In this document: piece by piece, positions 16,205 to 52,944 of the stretch | How the letters are laid out: each line of letters starts with the position of its first letter | How positions within the stretch are numbered: position 1 is the first letter of the stretch | NCBI GenBank assembly: GCA_963693365.1 | Contig: CAVNZM010000007.1 | Coordinates: forward strand, 8,987,962-9,051,961 | Length of the DNA stretch: 64,000 nt | Source: Amoebidium appalachense | Taxonomy: Eukaryota > Protista > Ichthyosporea | Reading direction: 5' to 3' | Translations under genes and position numbers: made by a program | The notes under the pieces: generated by a model | Seen by the model: only the letters and a program-made list of their open reading frames with translations | What the model was told of the DNA's origin: nothing | Databases searched by the model: none

Positions 16205-19200
16205 ACGCACACACAAAACAAAACCTACAAACAAACCAAAAACACACCAGTCCGCAGGGCCATCTGCGGATGCCTCAGCCTCACTAGGCGCCAACGCAGT
16301 CGCAACCACACAATCACCAGCCCCACAGCAAGCCGGGGATATCCCAAATTCCACAGAGCAAAAGGGCAACCAATCACCATCGAGCATTGACGATGAACCA
16401 TCAATGATCGAAGAGCCACCAGCATGCACGGCCCAGCCCCCGCCGCCTGTACCAATCAGAGAGCGGCTGCCTGTGAACATGGACCAATGGAAATCATTCT
16501 TTACAAGTGAGGGTGCAGTAGCTGACCCTGCAACGGTGAAGGCGCTAATATTTAACAATGTAGGCTCCCCCCCCCCCCCCCCCCCCCCCTCCCTGCCCCA
16601 CGCCCCTTCCCCCCCCCCCCCCCTCCCCCCCCCGCGGGTCCACCCCCTCGCGTTACGCACACCACCCATTCCATGTCCCCGTATCATCAGATATCAGTAA
16701 TCCAGAAAGTGTCGGTTGCATGCACATGTCAGTGCCAATACAAATCTAGTAGTAATTTCTGTTTAAGATGCCGGATATGTGGGCCTTCGAGGCAATATGA
16801 GTGGCCTCGGTATATGGAACACCAGTTCCTGACTACGACCAATTCCAATCTAGAATCCTATTGCATCAAATTTCCTGGCTCACGGATTACGTAATCATCA
16901 GCCGCCGGTCCAATCGCGCGAAACACGAAATTACCCTGAGAGTCCGTTTTTCAGCCGCCAGCATGATCCCCCATGCGCAGACTTGGGCACTTTTTACTAA
17001 TAAACCCCCCTTGAAATTTGGCAGAAACGTTTTTTCACTAATTCAAACCTTTACTCAGAGCCGTTTTGTTCACCTATGATTCTGAGAGGGTGTCTATGTA
17101 TTGAATAGCATAGTGTAATAGGGAAGCATAGGAAATACTCGGAGGCGAACAAAACAGCTCTGAGTAAACCTTCATTCTAGTCGGAAAACCATCTCTGCCA
17201 ATTTTCAAGAGGGGTTTATTTGTGAAAAGTACTCAAGTATGTGCGTGGGAGACCAAGCAAAAGCGGAGATACGGGAGATAGTCTGCGCGTGGGAGATTAA
17301 GCAAAAGCGGAGATACGGGAGATGCTTCGTGTTTGGGCGATTGGACAGATTTCAAATGGTTACGTAATCTGGAGAGCCTTTTGATCGATGGTGTAATAAT
17401 TAGTTGGTTGTCAATCAGATTGTTGATTAGCCATGTGGCAACCGTTGTCACATAGTACGCAAACCCCACAGATCCGGCGACCTAAGGTAACAGGATTGCT
17501 CTGGCTTTTACCCACTTTCAGATCCGATTACCTAATTTGGCAAGGTCCAATCCCTTATCTGCCAATCACCACGCAGGGGCTAGCACCTGATGTGCGCAGT
17601 GAGGCCTGGCCGTTTCTTCTTGGGGTCCACCCGTGGGACTCAACCACTGAACAGAGGGTGCTGCTCAGAAAACAGAGGGAGTACGTGCCCCCCCCCCCCC
17701 CTCCCCCCCCCCCCCAGTTGCGGCTCCCCTACCCCTTAAACACGGAGTTTTTTCCTCCCCCCAGCCTCTCAACTTCTAAATTTAGCCCCCCCTCCTCCTC
17801 CCTGCCCCCCCCCTCCCCTCCCCCCCCCCCCCCCCCCAACACACACACACACACAAACACCGCACATACACCAATCACCAACTCGAATCTGCTCTTGTGG
17901 GTAGAAGCAACCGACCGTTCAACCACATGGCATATTGTGGGGCTCTATTAGTCCTTTTTCCATGCTTGCCCAGGTCCAATATGCACGTGCACGCACTGAG
18001 CCACTGTGTGCAGGAGTGAGTATGCCATCTACAAGCAACAGTGGCAGAGCATCACCCCCCGTCAGGCTGAGCGCTTCAGCAAGTTCAGGGACAGACGCCA
18101 CAGAATAAGTAGAGCTACCCCCCCCCCCCCCCCCCCCCTCCCCCCCCTCCTCCTCCTCCTCCCCCACTCTCCTCCGCCGCCTTTCTCCCTCACCTTCCTC
18201 CCCCTTCCCCCCCCCCTCCCCTCTCCACCCCCTCCCCCCCTTCCCCCCCCCCCCCTCCCCCCCCCCCCCCCTCCACGTTTTGGGAAAACAAATGCAGTGC
18301 CATGGGCGATGTGTGTAATAGCTGTCATTCACATGCATTGTCTCCTGACTCCACGGTAAGGATGTGTTCGATTGTGTCATTGTTCTAGCCCACCTCATCG
18401 ATACGTCAGTGGGTGACTCATTGTTGCTGTGCAGTGAGCCTAGGAATGTGTCTAATCGTGCTCTTGTGCTATAGACACAATGTCGGCTGTATGGTGTATA
18501 GATCACCGTTTCTGACTATGTGGGAACCACGGGCAGGGATGTAGAGCAGCGTGCTCTGCATGTGTGGTGGGTGCATATGATACATGTTAAGAATGTACGG
18601 AACACTGTTGTAATGGTAGCAGTGTTCATCGATTATTGTATAGAACACTGTGTTCTAACCGTGCCTGTGCAGATAAGGATGTGGAGCGCACGGACCGCAG
18701 CCACGAGCACTTTGCCGGGGCCGAGGGGGAGGGTTTGCGACTACTGGGCACCATTCTGCTGACCCATGCATTCTACAACTTCGACCTGGGTAACCCCTCC
18801 CCCCCCCCCCCCCCCCCCCCCTGCCCCCCGGCACCGTCCCGCCTGCCCGCCGGGCCGGAGCACACACGTACACACACACACACCCATCCACCCACTTTTA
18901 CTCAAACACAAACATGCACATCCACCCACCCACTTACTCACACGCACACACACACACCATCCCCAATATGGTCACCACACCGCACCATCAGGGGGCCCCC
19001 TTCTCCCTTTATTCTGTGGGGCACTTTTCCGAAGCGCCCAAGCTTTTCCTAGATCCCTTAGAGCTCGTGATATGAGTGATATGACCCCCCCCCCCCCCCC
19101 CTCCACCTCTCGCCACCTTTGCAGTCGGACGGGAGGTGTGTGTTCGTGTGCTTCAATGGTGTTTCCCCCCTTTTTGTGTGTGTCTGTTGGAGAGGGGGGG

Positions 19201-19973
19201 TGGGTGTTGGTGGTGGTGGTCCCGGGCGGGGAGGAGTGGATTGGGTGGGTGGGTGGGTGGTGGGGGGAGGGGGGGCGCGGCTTATCCGGGGTTAGGATGT
19301 CGTATTGGGATTGAGCGTGTATGCATTCAATACTAGATGAATGTGGCGGGAGGGGGGAGGGGGGAGGGAGATTTCTAACAACGTTTCTTCTTTCCCAGCG
19401 TATGTGCAGGGCATGAGTGACCTATTGGCACCGATCTTGGAGGTGGTGAGAGATGAGGTGGACTCGTTTTGGTGCTTTGCCGCCTATATGGACATTATGG
19501 TATATAGAACGACCCCCCTCCCCCCTCCCCCTTTTCCCCACGGGCGGCTCCCCCTCCCCCTTCTTCTATGCCTCCCTACATAGAGAGTATTAGGAACATA
19601 TGAAAGCCAAACCAGGACAGTTTGAATCTTTTCTCCCCTCCATTTACCTGACCCTAGATGTCAACCCCCTGTCTACTCAATCCCCCCCTCCCCCCCCCGC
19701 GGGCCCCCCTTCCCCCCGGGCCCCCCCCGCGCCGTTTCGTTTCTTCCTGCAAGCGTTGATTGTGTGAAAGTAGTGTCTGTGGTGCTGCATGCTGTGCATC
19801 ACCCCGAGCTGTTAATAAATGGCCACAGTGCCTGACCGTGTTTTCCCTGCACGCAGGAAAACAACTTCCAGAAGGATCAGAATGGGGTGCACACACAGCT
19901 GAGACGTATCAAAGCACTGCTGGCCCACATAGATCCGGAACTCTCGGCAGCACTAAGTATTCCCTCCCTCCCC

Positions 19974-20013
<40 letters not shown>

Positions 20014-21934
20014 CCCCTCCCCCCTCCCCCCCTCCGCCCCCCTTTTTTTGTTGGACGATCCCCCCCCCCCCCCCCTCCGCCCTCCTTTGACCCCCTCCGA
20101 CCCCCTCACCCCCCCTCCCCCCCCCCCCCCCTCCCGCCCCCTGTTGACCTGCTCCCCCCCCCCCCCCCTCCCCCCCCTCCCCTCCTCCCACCCCACCCCT
20201 TCGCCTCCTTCCCTGGACCATCCCCCCTTGGTTCCTTAACACACAAGCACAGACACCAAATAAACAAAAAAAAGGAAAAGGACGTAACGAGTAAAACGGG
20301 CAACGTACTTGAAACAATGGGTTTGTTGGAAGTCACGGTTGAGAGCTAAGAGAGTCAAGAGTCTGATTGTTAGTGGAGTCATAGAAACACTTTCGGTTGG
20401 GCTGTCTTCGATTGTCTTTTGCATGCGCTTGCGATTGCTTTCTGACTTGTGTTGTTGTGGGGTTTTGTCAACGTGTGTGTGTTCATGTTTCACACCCTCG
20501 AGCCCCCCCCCCCCCCCCCCCCCCCCCCCCCCTTTCTCTTTTGCCTGCCTCACCACTCAAACACGTGCGCACACCTGCACACACGCACACGGACACACAC
20601 CCACACCCACACATTGCTCATATATACACACACATACACCTTTATCTCATGCCTGCCCATTCCAAACGAACGATAACATGGCAGGTAGGCAGTGAGAGAC
20701 TTAAATGGCTGCAGTTAGAACAGTGGCCAGACGAGCCCCATTCTCCAATAACACAAGAAGACTGATGGTGTGGTTAGGTGATTCTGCATGTTGCACATAT
20801 GGTAGGCATAAGTAGAGCGTGTACTTGAACAATAATTTTCAAAGTCACACCGACATATGTTCTGACTTTCGCTGGTTTTGTGAGCACAGAGTCCAGTGAT
20901 GCTGATTTGCACTTCTGCTTCCGCTGGGTGCTAGTCAACCTCAAGAGAGAGTTTCCCTACCATGATATCATGCGTTTGTGGGAGGTGTGTGCTCTTGCCT
21001 TTCTAATGCCCCTTGTGCTTTGCTTGCCTTTGCAACCGCTTTAGGGAGAGAAAGGGAACGAGGGGCGGAGGAAGGGGCGGAGGGAGAGAGGGAGGGATGG
21101 AGGGAGATTTCCTGCTTGCCTCTGTGACCTCGTTTTGTGTTCTCCTTGTCATTGTACGCGCTTTCCAAGTCTTGCTCATCGGAAGAATGAGAAAGACACC
21201 CCATAGCATATGGTTGGTGTGAAAAGGGGTTGGGAAATTCTATCGGAAGAATTTTGAGCTGTTATGGGGTGGCAGTTGTGCCTATGTAAGGGAATAGGGT
21301 TTAGTTATGTGGCAATGGGTGCACCGAGATTGGTGTGGAGTTGTGAAGAATGAGGGGGAGGGAAAAGGAGGGGCGGGGGGTAGGGAAGGGGTGGGGAGAA
21401 GGGGAGGGAAGGAGAGGAAGTGTGAAACAAAGACGGGAGTCTCAGGGGGATGCGAGTGTGTGGGCCTGTAGGGGCTGGGGTCCTCAGGGAATCGGGGTGG
21501 TTCGGGTGTGTGTGTGTCTGTGTGTGTGATATGACAGAGCGATTTTGGGGGAAAGAGAGAGTTAGGGGGAGGGAGAGAGGGAGGGGGGGGGGGGGGGGGG
21601 GGGGGGGGTCAGAGAGAGATAGTGTGTGTGAGAGAGAGGGAGAGGGAGAGGGGAGGGGAGGGAGGGAGGGAGGGAGGGAGGGAGAGATACAGAAAATGTC
21701 CATGTCCCGCGAAATAACTGGCAATGGTGTGCCAGACCATCTGGACGGAGCACCGTGGGCGGCACTGGGTGGTGTTTGTGTGTGCGGCCATCCTCAGCGA
21801 GTACCGGGTGGCCTATTTGCAGCCTCACATGGGCCTGGACGGCCTGGTCATGGTAGAAATACCCCCCCCCCCCCCCCCCCCCCCCGCCCCACCACCACCA
21901 CCCACCCACCCACCCACCCATTCACCAACACTCA

Positions 21935-21973
<39 letters not shown>

Positions 21974-22037
21974 TACACACACTCTTCCTGCATCTGGTTT
22001 ACAGTGCTGTCGTTGTGCATACACAAAAGCTTCAATC

Positions 22038-22093
<56 letters not shown>

Positions 22094-22685
22094 AAAAAAA
22101 AAAAAAAAGATAAAATGATATATTAAAAAAAAAAAAAAAAAATAAGGGGGGAAAGGGGGGGGTGGGGGGAAAGAAGGATGCAAAAGATGTAATATCTATT
22201 GCACGCACGGTTTTTTAGAATTCACCCCTTTTTTTTCATCTTTGTGGGATTTCGATGTCTTTTCCAATACCCCCTACCCCCCCCCCCCCCCCCCCCCCCC
22301 GGGGGTTCCTGCCACCATTAATTTTATTACACCCCCACACGTGCATGTGTAGAGCCCACACACCCTGTCTGGGCCGTACACACCCCCTCACCCTTTACTG
22401 TACAGTTCACCAATGACCTTGCCTGCACCATGAACCTGGACAAGATCCTTGCAAGGGCAGAACACATCTACGACTCATGTGTCGATTATGACGGCACCCT
22501 GCCTGGTAATTGCTCCCCTCACCCCCCTCCCCCCCCTTCCCCGACCACCATCACCGATCTCCACACTCACACCACCACCACGAGGAGAGGGGAGGGGGGG
22601 AAGGGGGGAGGGGAAGGAGGGGGCTAGGGAGGGAAGGAGGGAGAGGAGAATAAGGAGCAGGGGGTGCCCCGGGGGGGGGGAGGGG

Positions 22686-22717
<32 letters not shown>

Positions 22718-22985
22718 AGGGGGGGGGGGGAGGGGGGGGGGGGGGGGGCTGGGGGGCTGGGGGAGGATGGAGAGAGGGTGCCACTGTAATTCATGAAGTA
22801 CAATGGGCGATTTGTGTGTGGGCCATAGCTGCAAATTCTATTTTGGGGCTCACGTGTCTATTTTTGACACAGACGGTGTGCGGGAGCTGCTTGGCCCGAC
22901 GGCACCCGCCACGAGGCGTAGCAGTGCATCCATGAGGGAGATGATACTGCTGGCTAGAGCCGCACAGCCAGTCATTATCATGTAG
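8824..22985 (+). CDS. TBC1D15/TBC1D17 (Gyp7)-like Rab GTPase-activating protein with N-terminal UBZ-type zinc finger, about 735 aa, 20 exons
   Basis: Exons 8824-8958, 9516-9599, 10335-10430, 10968-11052, 11796-11979, 12644-12694, 13584-13611, 14499-14588, 14968-15040, 15565-15695, 16251-16559, 17577-17680, 18014-18108, 18673-18789, 19399-19499, 19857-19956, 20890-20984, 21736-21852, 22406-22505, 22873-22985; all GT-AG and in frame. TBC motifs: VRSEAWPFLLG, IxKDVERTDR (Arg finger), YVQGMSDL (Gln finger), FWCF, FCFRWxLxxLKREF, MRLWE. N-terminal region VFVHP...LAPLYFH resembles TBC1D15/17. Confidence 0.9.
16877..17378. mobile_element. Fold-back/MITE-like long imperfect palindrome in intron 11 of the TBC gene
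   Basis: Nested inverted matches: GGCTCACGGATTACGTAA...GTCCAATCGC..AAACACGAA vs TTCGTGTTT.GGCGATTGGAC...TTACGTAATCTGGAGAGCC; CACTTTTTACTAATAAACCCCCCTTGAAATTTGGCAGA vs TCTGCCAATTTTCAAGAGGGGTTTATTTGTGAAAAGTA; TTTACTCAGAGCCGTTTTGTTCACCT vs AGGCGAACAAAACAGCTCTGAGTAAA. The right arm has an internal duplication of AAGCAAAAGCGGAGATACGGGAGAT. No clear TSD; ends approximate. Confidence 0.75.
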
Positions 22986-23079
22986 CGGGTTTTTGCTGTT
23001 TGATGCTGTTTTTCTTTTTTTTGATGAAAAATTCGGTTGTGTTTGTGGGTGTGCGTGTGTGTGTTCGTGTGGGCAGTAT

Positions 23080-23119
23080 GCACCCCTGCTTGTTTGCCCC
23101 GGGGAAGGGGGCGGGAGTG

Positions 23120-23186
<67 letters not shown>

Positions 23187-23230
23187 TATCCACCCCTGCT
23201 TGTGTGCCCCGGGGAAGGGGGCGGGAGTGT
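23080..23230. repeat. Direct duplication of about 40 bp flanking a (GT)n tract
   Basis: CACCCCTGCTTGT(T/G)TGCCCCGGGGAAGGGGGCGGGAGTGT occurs at about 23081 and 23191, each copy followed by (GT)n. Confidence 0.8.
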
Positions 23231-23258
23231 GGTGTGTGTGTGTGTGTGTGTGTGTGGC

Positions 23259-23291
<33 letters not shown>

Positions 23292-23980
23292 GGTTGCTCA
23301 TGATCATACTGTATGTAGTGATGATGAGAAGGTTTTTTGGGTGTTTTGGGTGAAATGGTTGCTACATAGTCACGATACACACAGATGTTTTGTTGTGGGG
23401 CTGCTACGTACATTATCATGCATATATATGCCACCACCTGCACATGCTTGACACCATGAAGGAATTATTTAGAGAACGCGAGATGCAGTTGATTCACACG
23501 TATACGGGTGAATATACACTGCTGTGTATGGTGCAGGTCACAACACCGATAGACTGCATCAATCCCTGTTGCTTCGTGATCCCCTTTTTGGCGTTAAGAA
23601 TGGGCTGTTTGGCCCTTCTTCTAGCACGCCTTAACCATGAAACCTTTCCCCCTTTTTATTCTAACCAGGCCAAAGTTTGCTCCTCTACTTCGCTGTTGAA
23701 TGAAAGCCAACGTTACCTTGAACGTAGGTGTGACGGGGGTTTTGGGTATGCAGTTAAGGGGGTGGTCGGGGCTTCGGATTTGTTTAGATTCCCTTTGTTT
23801 TTGCAGCTTTTCATCATTCCAAGCACAACTTTCGTTTCTTAATTGATTTAAAATGACCATCCAGTGGCCTTTTACGCAAGTATTACACATGCATGCATGT
23901 ACATAGAAGGGCACAGCGCAGGCGCCAGTGCCCACCCAGTTAAGGCTTAAAATAAAAACTTAAGAATCAAAAATCATGCA

Positions 23981-26900
23981 TCAGTCTAGCCCCACAGACT
24001 TTACGTAATCCGGGTGTTTTAGAACAAAAGTGAATCTTTGCCAGAGGTGGGGAGACATCAACATGGCAACATCTGACAAACTACTCCTTGTTTTAACCAA
24101 ATACGTGGCTCGGCTCAGCATCAGCATATCCATAACCGCACTATCTCCCTTCTCCCGTGCACTGAATTTCGTGCTTTTATGAATTCCCGTTTCTGCAGCA
24201 TTCGCATCTGCTTTAGATGCCCGTGGTGAATTTTTCTGATATACCAATTTACCGGGATATCTCTGTTCCATAAAATCCACAATTTCCTCCTCATCCGTAG
24301 CCAAATAAACACGCTGTTTAACCCCCGAGCAATACTTTTGCAACGCCCTGTCCGTGTGGTCCGCAATAACAGAATATGGCGGGGCTACATACGGCCAAAT
24401 TAACCGTTTATCAGTCCCGCGGTAGTGAATTCCAACCATGCACGCAGACCCAACCGTCTCCGCATGATATTTATCCAATGCCTGTTGGAGCCACGGTTGC
24501 AGTTTGATGTTTTTGGACACGAGTCTATGGAGCTGCTCCATGGGGACTGGTGACGTCATAGGAAATGTCTGTTTGGTGTCTGGCCGACCCACTGCCTCCG
24601 GCACAAATGAGCCGAACATGCCGTACCGTGCAATCATTCGGTTGAAGTGTACCTCGGGTGGGTTTTCCGCTGCGGGAGAAAGCGTGATTGAATGAGTAAT
24701 GGGGTTTGGATGTGAGTAGAAGTGGTGATGGCATGTCGTCATTGGCTATGGTGGTGGGGATAAACACAAGCAAGGACAAAGGTGCCCCGGCAAAGAGGGG
24801 GGGGGGGGGGGGGGGGGGACGGGGGCTAGAACTGCATGTGTGTAGGCTATTAAAGAACATTCGGGGTCATGCCTTTTAACCCTCCCCCCCCCCCCCCCCC
24901 CTCCCCCCCTTCGGGAAAAAAAAAAAAAAAAAACCAACCTCAAAACCCCAAGCGGGAGGGGGGGGGGGGGGGGGGGGGGGGTTGTGCCGGAATTTGACTC
25001 GCACTCAAAAAGGTGGTTGTGGGCATAGATGCAGCGATGGCTAAAAGATTTGTGCAAGCCAAATGATGGTTTACAGGGACTACGGGGAACCAACTGAGGG
25101 CAAAACCCGTGATTTTTGACGTGTGTTTCTGTGTGTGTGTGTGTGTGTGAATTTAGTTCGCAGAGTGCACCCTGCAATCCGGGCATGACCATGGGACGCC
25201 AAACAGGTTGTGCAATACGGGTCTGGGTTGGGAAGAAATCGGGGAAGTAGGGAGAAGGGAGCACCTCGGAGCATTTGGGACGGAGAGGGGTCATGTGTTG
25301 TCAAAAATGGAGGGGATGGTATGCGTGGTAATGGTGGTGGTGATGGTGGTGGTGGTGGTGGTGGGGGGGAGAGAGAGAGAGAGAGACAGAGAGAGAGGAG
25401 GGGGATAGATAGACAAGTCAGACAGGTGGGTAGAGAGGAGAGAAGAGGGGAGGGAGGGGGAAAGAGAGAGAGAGAGAGTAGATCGACGGGAGAGGTGTAA
25501 GGGGGGAGAAAGAGGAGGAGGAGGACGGTTAGGTTTCATAACAGGGAGCAGCATAATGAAAGCGGGATGCAGGCATCAAAAAAGCACAAAAAAATATTGC
25601 AGCACACGGGGGCCAGGGGGGGAGAGGGGGAGGGACGGGAGGGATGTGTCAGGGTCGATGTGCGTATGGGTTGTGCCTGTGTGTGTCAGTGCATGTGTGT
25701 GCACGCAATTGCACTTGGGCGTGTGTATGCTTGTGCGTGTTCGGGTGTGTTTGTGCCGGAGGTTCCGGAAAAGGAGCATGTGTGCACATGTGTGTGAGTG
25801 TATCTATGGGTGTCTGCCGGCGTTTGGGTAGTTGTGCACGTGTTGTGTGCGCACTGTGTGTGTCTGTGCATGAGAGCGTGTGGTGTGTGTGTGTGTGTGT
25901 GCGCACACATGTATGTTTGTGTCAGGACTGGTGGAGGCAGAAGAGCCGGGGGGGGGGGGGGGGGGGGGGGGGGGAGGGAAGGGGGGAGGGCCATATTATA
26001 TCATGCAGCGAGGGCGCACGAGTTGATGCATACAAACAGCACGGTTAAGACCGGAAGAGGGGGGGAGAGAGGGGGGGGGGGGGGGGGTGCCTACGGTTTG
26101 GGTTGAGAACCATAAGGGGCTCAAAATAGTATGCCCAGTAGTTGGGCCCACGCCGCCAATCCACATACGAGTCTGTGTGGAACTCTATTCGCACAGCAGC
26201 GGCACCATGGGCCTCAGCATAGCGCAATGCACCAATCGCGTTCATGAACTCGCTGAACATGCCCTGTTTCTGCACGATCGGAGGCATGTGGACGTTGGCA
26301 TAAACCACCATGATCTTATCTACTACGTTCTGGTCGAAGTATCCTTGGATAACTAGCGCCCAAACACTGCGGACCCCTGTCAAGAAGCAACACGTTAGCA
26401 ACGTGTTCAGAGTGTGCAGAACAAGATTCACTAAACGTCGGGTCAGCTTACACCAAAGACAGAAGCAAGAGACTGCCGGTTTGGACTCAAGGATGAACCA
26501 AGGGACTAGTTGCAACTCCCCTCCCCCTCTCCACCCCCACCCCCCCAAAAAAACATCCTCTCTCCCCAGAAACACACTCTCGCGCTTCCCCCCCTCCTTG
26601 AGTGGTATAATAGGTTGCCTAAAGAAAGCCTGGGGCAAGGGCACCCGGGGGGGGGGGGAAGGGGCGGGGGGGAGGGGGAAGGGTTGTGCATGGTTCTTAT
26701 ATGGCAGATTGTGTCTCTCTTCCATTCCAAAAGCCTAACACTGCGTGTAGTATGCACTTGTATTGTTCTTGTGTGTGGGCGCTATGCAGCAGACTCCAAA
26801 ACCGGTATTAAGGTAAGGCGAAGTGTGAGGATGTTTGGGGCTGAGTGAGTGAATTGGTGGTCACGGTGTTTTTTTGTTTGTATCAACTGTGTGTGGGGGG

Positions 26901-27418
26901 GGGGGCAGGGGGAGTTGGTTGTGGGACTGTGGGGGGGCAGGGGGGGAGGAGGGGGGAGGGGGCGGTTGATAAGAGGGGGAGGGGGGGGGGGGGGGGAGAA
27001 GGGGGGGGGGGGGGGGGGGGGGGGTAATAGAGTAAGAAGCAAACAATAATAATTAACAACACGACGCAGAGTGCAAACCACACATATAGACTACGCGGAG
27101 GGAGGAAACGGGTTGGGGGAGGGGGGGGGAGGGGGGGGAGGGGGGGGGGGGGAGATCGGCTTATGCATATCCACCCTGCCTGTTAGGAGGCACCGTGGCA
27201 CAAACTCACCGACAAGAGCTTCAAGTTGCACACTTTGCTTAGGAGATCCACAAAACAAGCAAGCAAACAAAAAGGCAAAAGAAAAGACACAAGATCGATA
27301 ATCATGAGAGCCCACACCACTTACCAAGGTAAACAATGAACACACCGAGAGCCAGAGTTCTCAGGAGCTGCCTCTTGCTGGTGTAGCCCCATTTTCGTAT
27401 CCGCACGGTAAACGTCAT
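23981..27418 (-). CDS. NodZ/GT23-like alpha-fucosyltransferase with type II membrane anchor, about 354 aa, 3 exons
   Basis: join(27418-27325, 26376-26095, 24669-23981) = 1065 nt, in frame, GT-AG. N-terminus MTFTVRIRKWGYTSKRQ-LLRTLALGVFIVYLGV (basic tail plus transmembrane segment). GDP-fucose-binding motifs GIHYRGTDK, VYLATDEEEIV and AVMDMLMLSRATYLVKTRSSLS; also GMFSEF and GPNYWAYYFEP. Confidence 0.85.
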
Positions 27419-28418
27419 GCTGCTAACACTACCTCAAGGGGTGTGGGTACGAGCGAACAAAAACCGGGAATAGTGGAAGAAACATACCAACTAGTTTATA
27501 TTCTTACAAGACCTTGTACTGATTATTACTGTTTGATTCATGAAGAAAAGATCCTGTAATTATTATTGCTGTATTGTATTTTTTAAAGACCTTTCATGAA
27601 TGTGATTGCTTCAGTATGGGCCTGGGTGTGCCGCCCGATCCCACACGAGATCTGGAGTAAGCATTTGGCTGTGCAAATAGTGGTGTGTGTGTGTATACTT
27701 GTTGCTTCCACAACATGCCTCGCTGCAGCAAACCCAAAGAGGTACCTGCTATGCCGGCGAACCAGTTGAACCGCACCAAGTATATAGATAGGAGGTGCCT
27801 GCTTTGACAGTAGATTACTATGAAAGGAAGCAACAGTAGTTTACTTCTAGCTGTCTAGAGAACTGAAAACTGAAAGTGCGGGCGCAGTTGATTGATGCCT
27901 TTTGCGTGATGATCGACCGTGTATCAATTATACCGACATACACGTATAGAAATACGGTTTATTGTACGTTCGGGGCTCAACAGGGTAAATTCATGTATTG
28001 TCAGCTTCTGATCCCCCCGTAATTCGAGTCCCAGTTTTCGCGCCAAAATACCGGTTGTGTAATATCGCTTCTGTAGGAACGCCGTTCTTGCTCAGGCAGC
28101 CCACAAATGTACACGTGCACTTGTTTTACGTTTCCGGACTTTAGCCTGTAGGGCACATGTTTTGCAGAGCACACGGATGATTCGAGTATAGACAAGAGGG
28201 TGCAATAAAGGTTACGGGAAGAGGTTTTTGTTGAAGGAAGAAGTGGGCTGGCAGATGTCCTTGCATTGAAGAGCAAAGGCGATAACATCGTTGAAGACCA
28301 AGATCACAGTCGAATTTCGAAGAGCTGCTTTGGTTCCATGTTGTATGGCCAGAATAGCACCGGGAAAGGGCTCTAAACTGATTGGACTAGATTGAGGTAT
28401 ACTTCTGTGCTTGGCACA
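27419..28418. promoter_or_regulatory. Probable bidirectional promoter between the fucosyltransferase and DDX10
   Basis: 1.0-kb interval between divergent start codons (27418 minus, 28419 plus), nearly free of the homopolymer and microsatellite tracts that fill introns. Individual elements not identified. Confidence 0.5.
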
Positions 28419-42951
<14,533 letters not shown>

Positions 42952-43092
42952 TAATGACGTGACATACACTAGCCTTACCAGTCATACGTGCCATTATACT
43001 CGTTTTCTACACAGATTTTCGTTTTGTTTTGTTTTTTGCATAGTGGCGTCACCCTTTTGCATGTACCGTTGTGTACAGAGATACGTAGTTGG

Positions 43093-52944
<9,852 letters not shown>

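Noticed and set aside
20232-20252. Perfect U12 branch sequence TTCCTTAAC in TBC intron 16, whose donor is GTATTCCC
   Set aside because: The nearby acceptors give an immediate stop or an implausible insert in the TBC domain. The acceptor at 20889 preserves the domain.
26750-27235. Candidate extra fucosyltransferase exons near 27210-27232 and 26790-26840
   Set aside because: Phases are incompatible or lead to stops; exon 1 joins the 26376 exon directly in frame.
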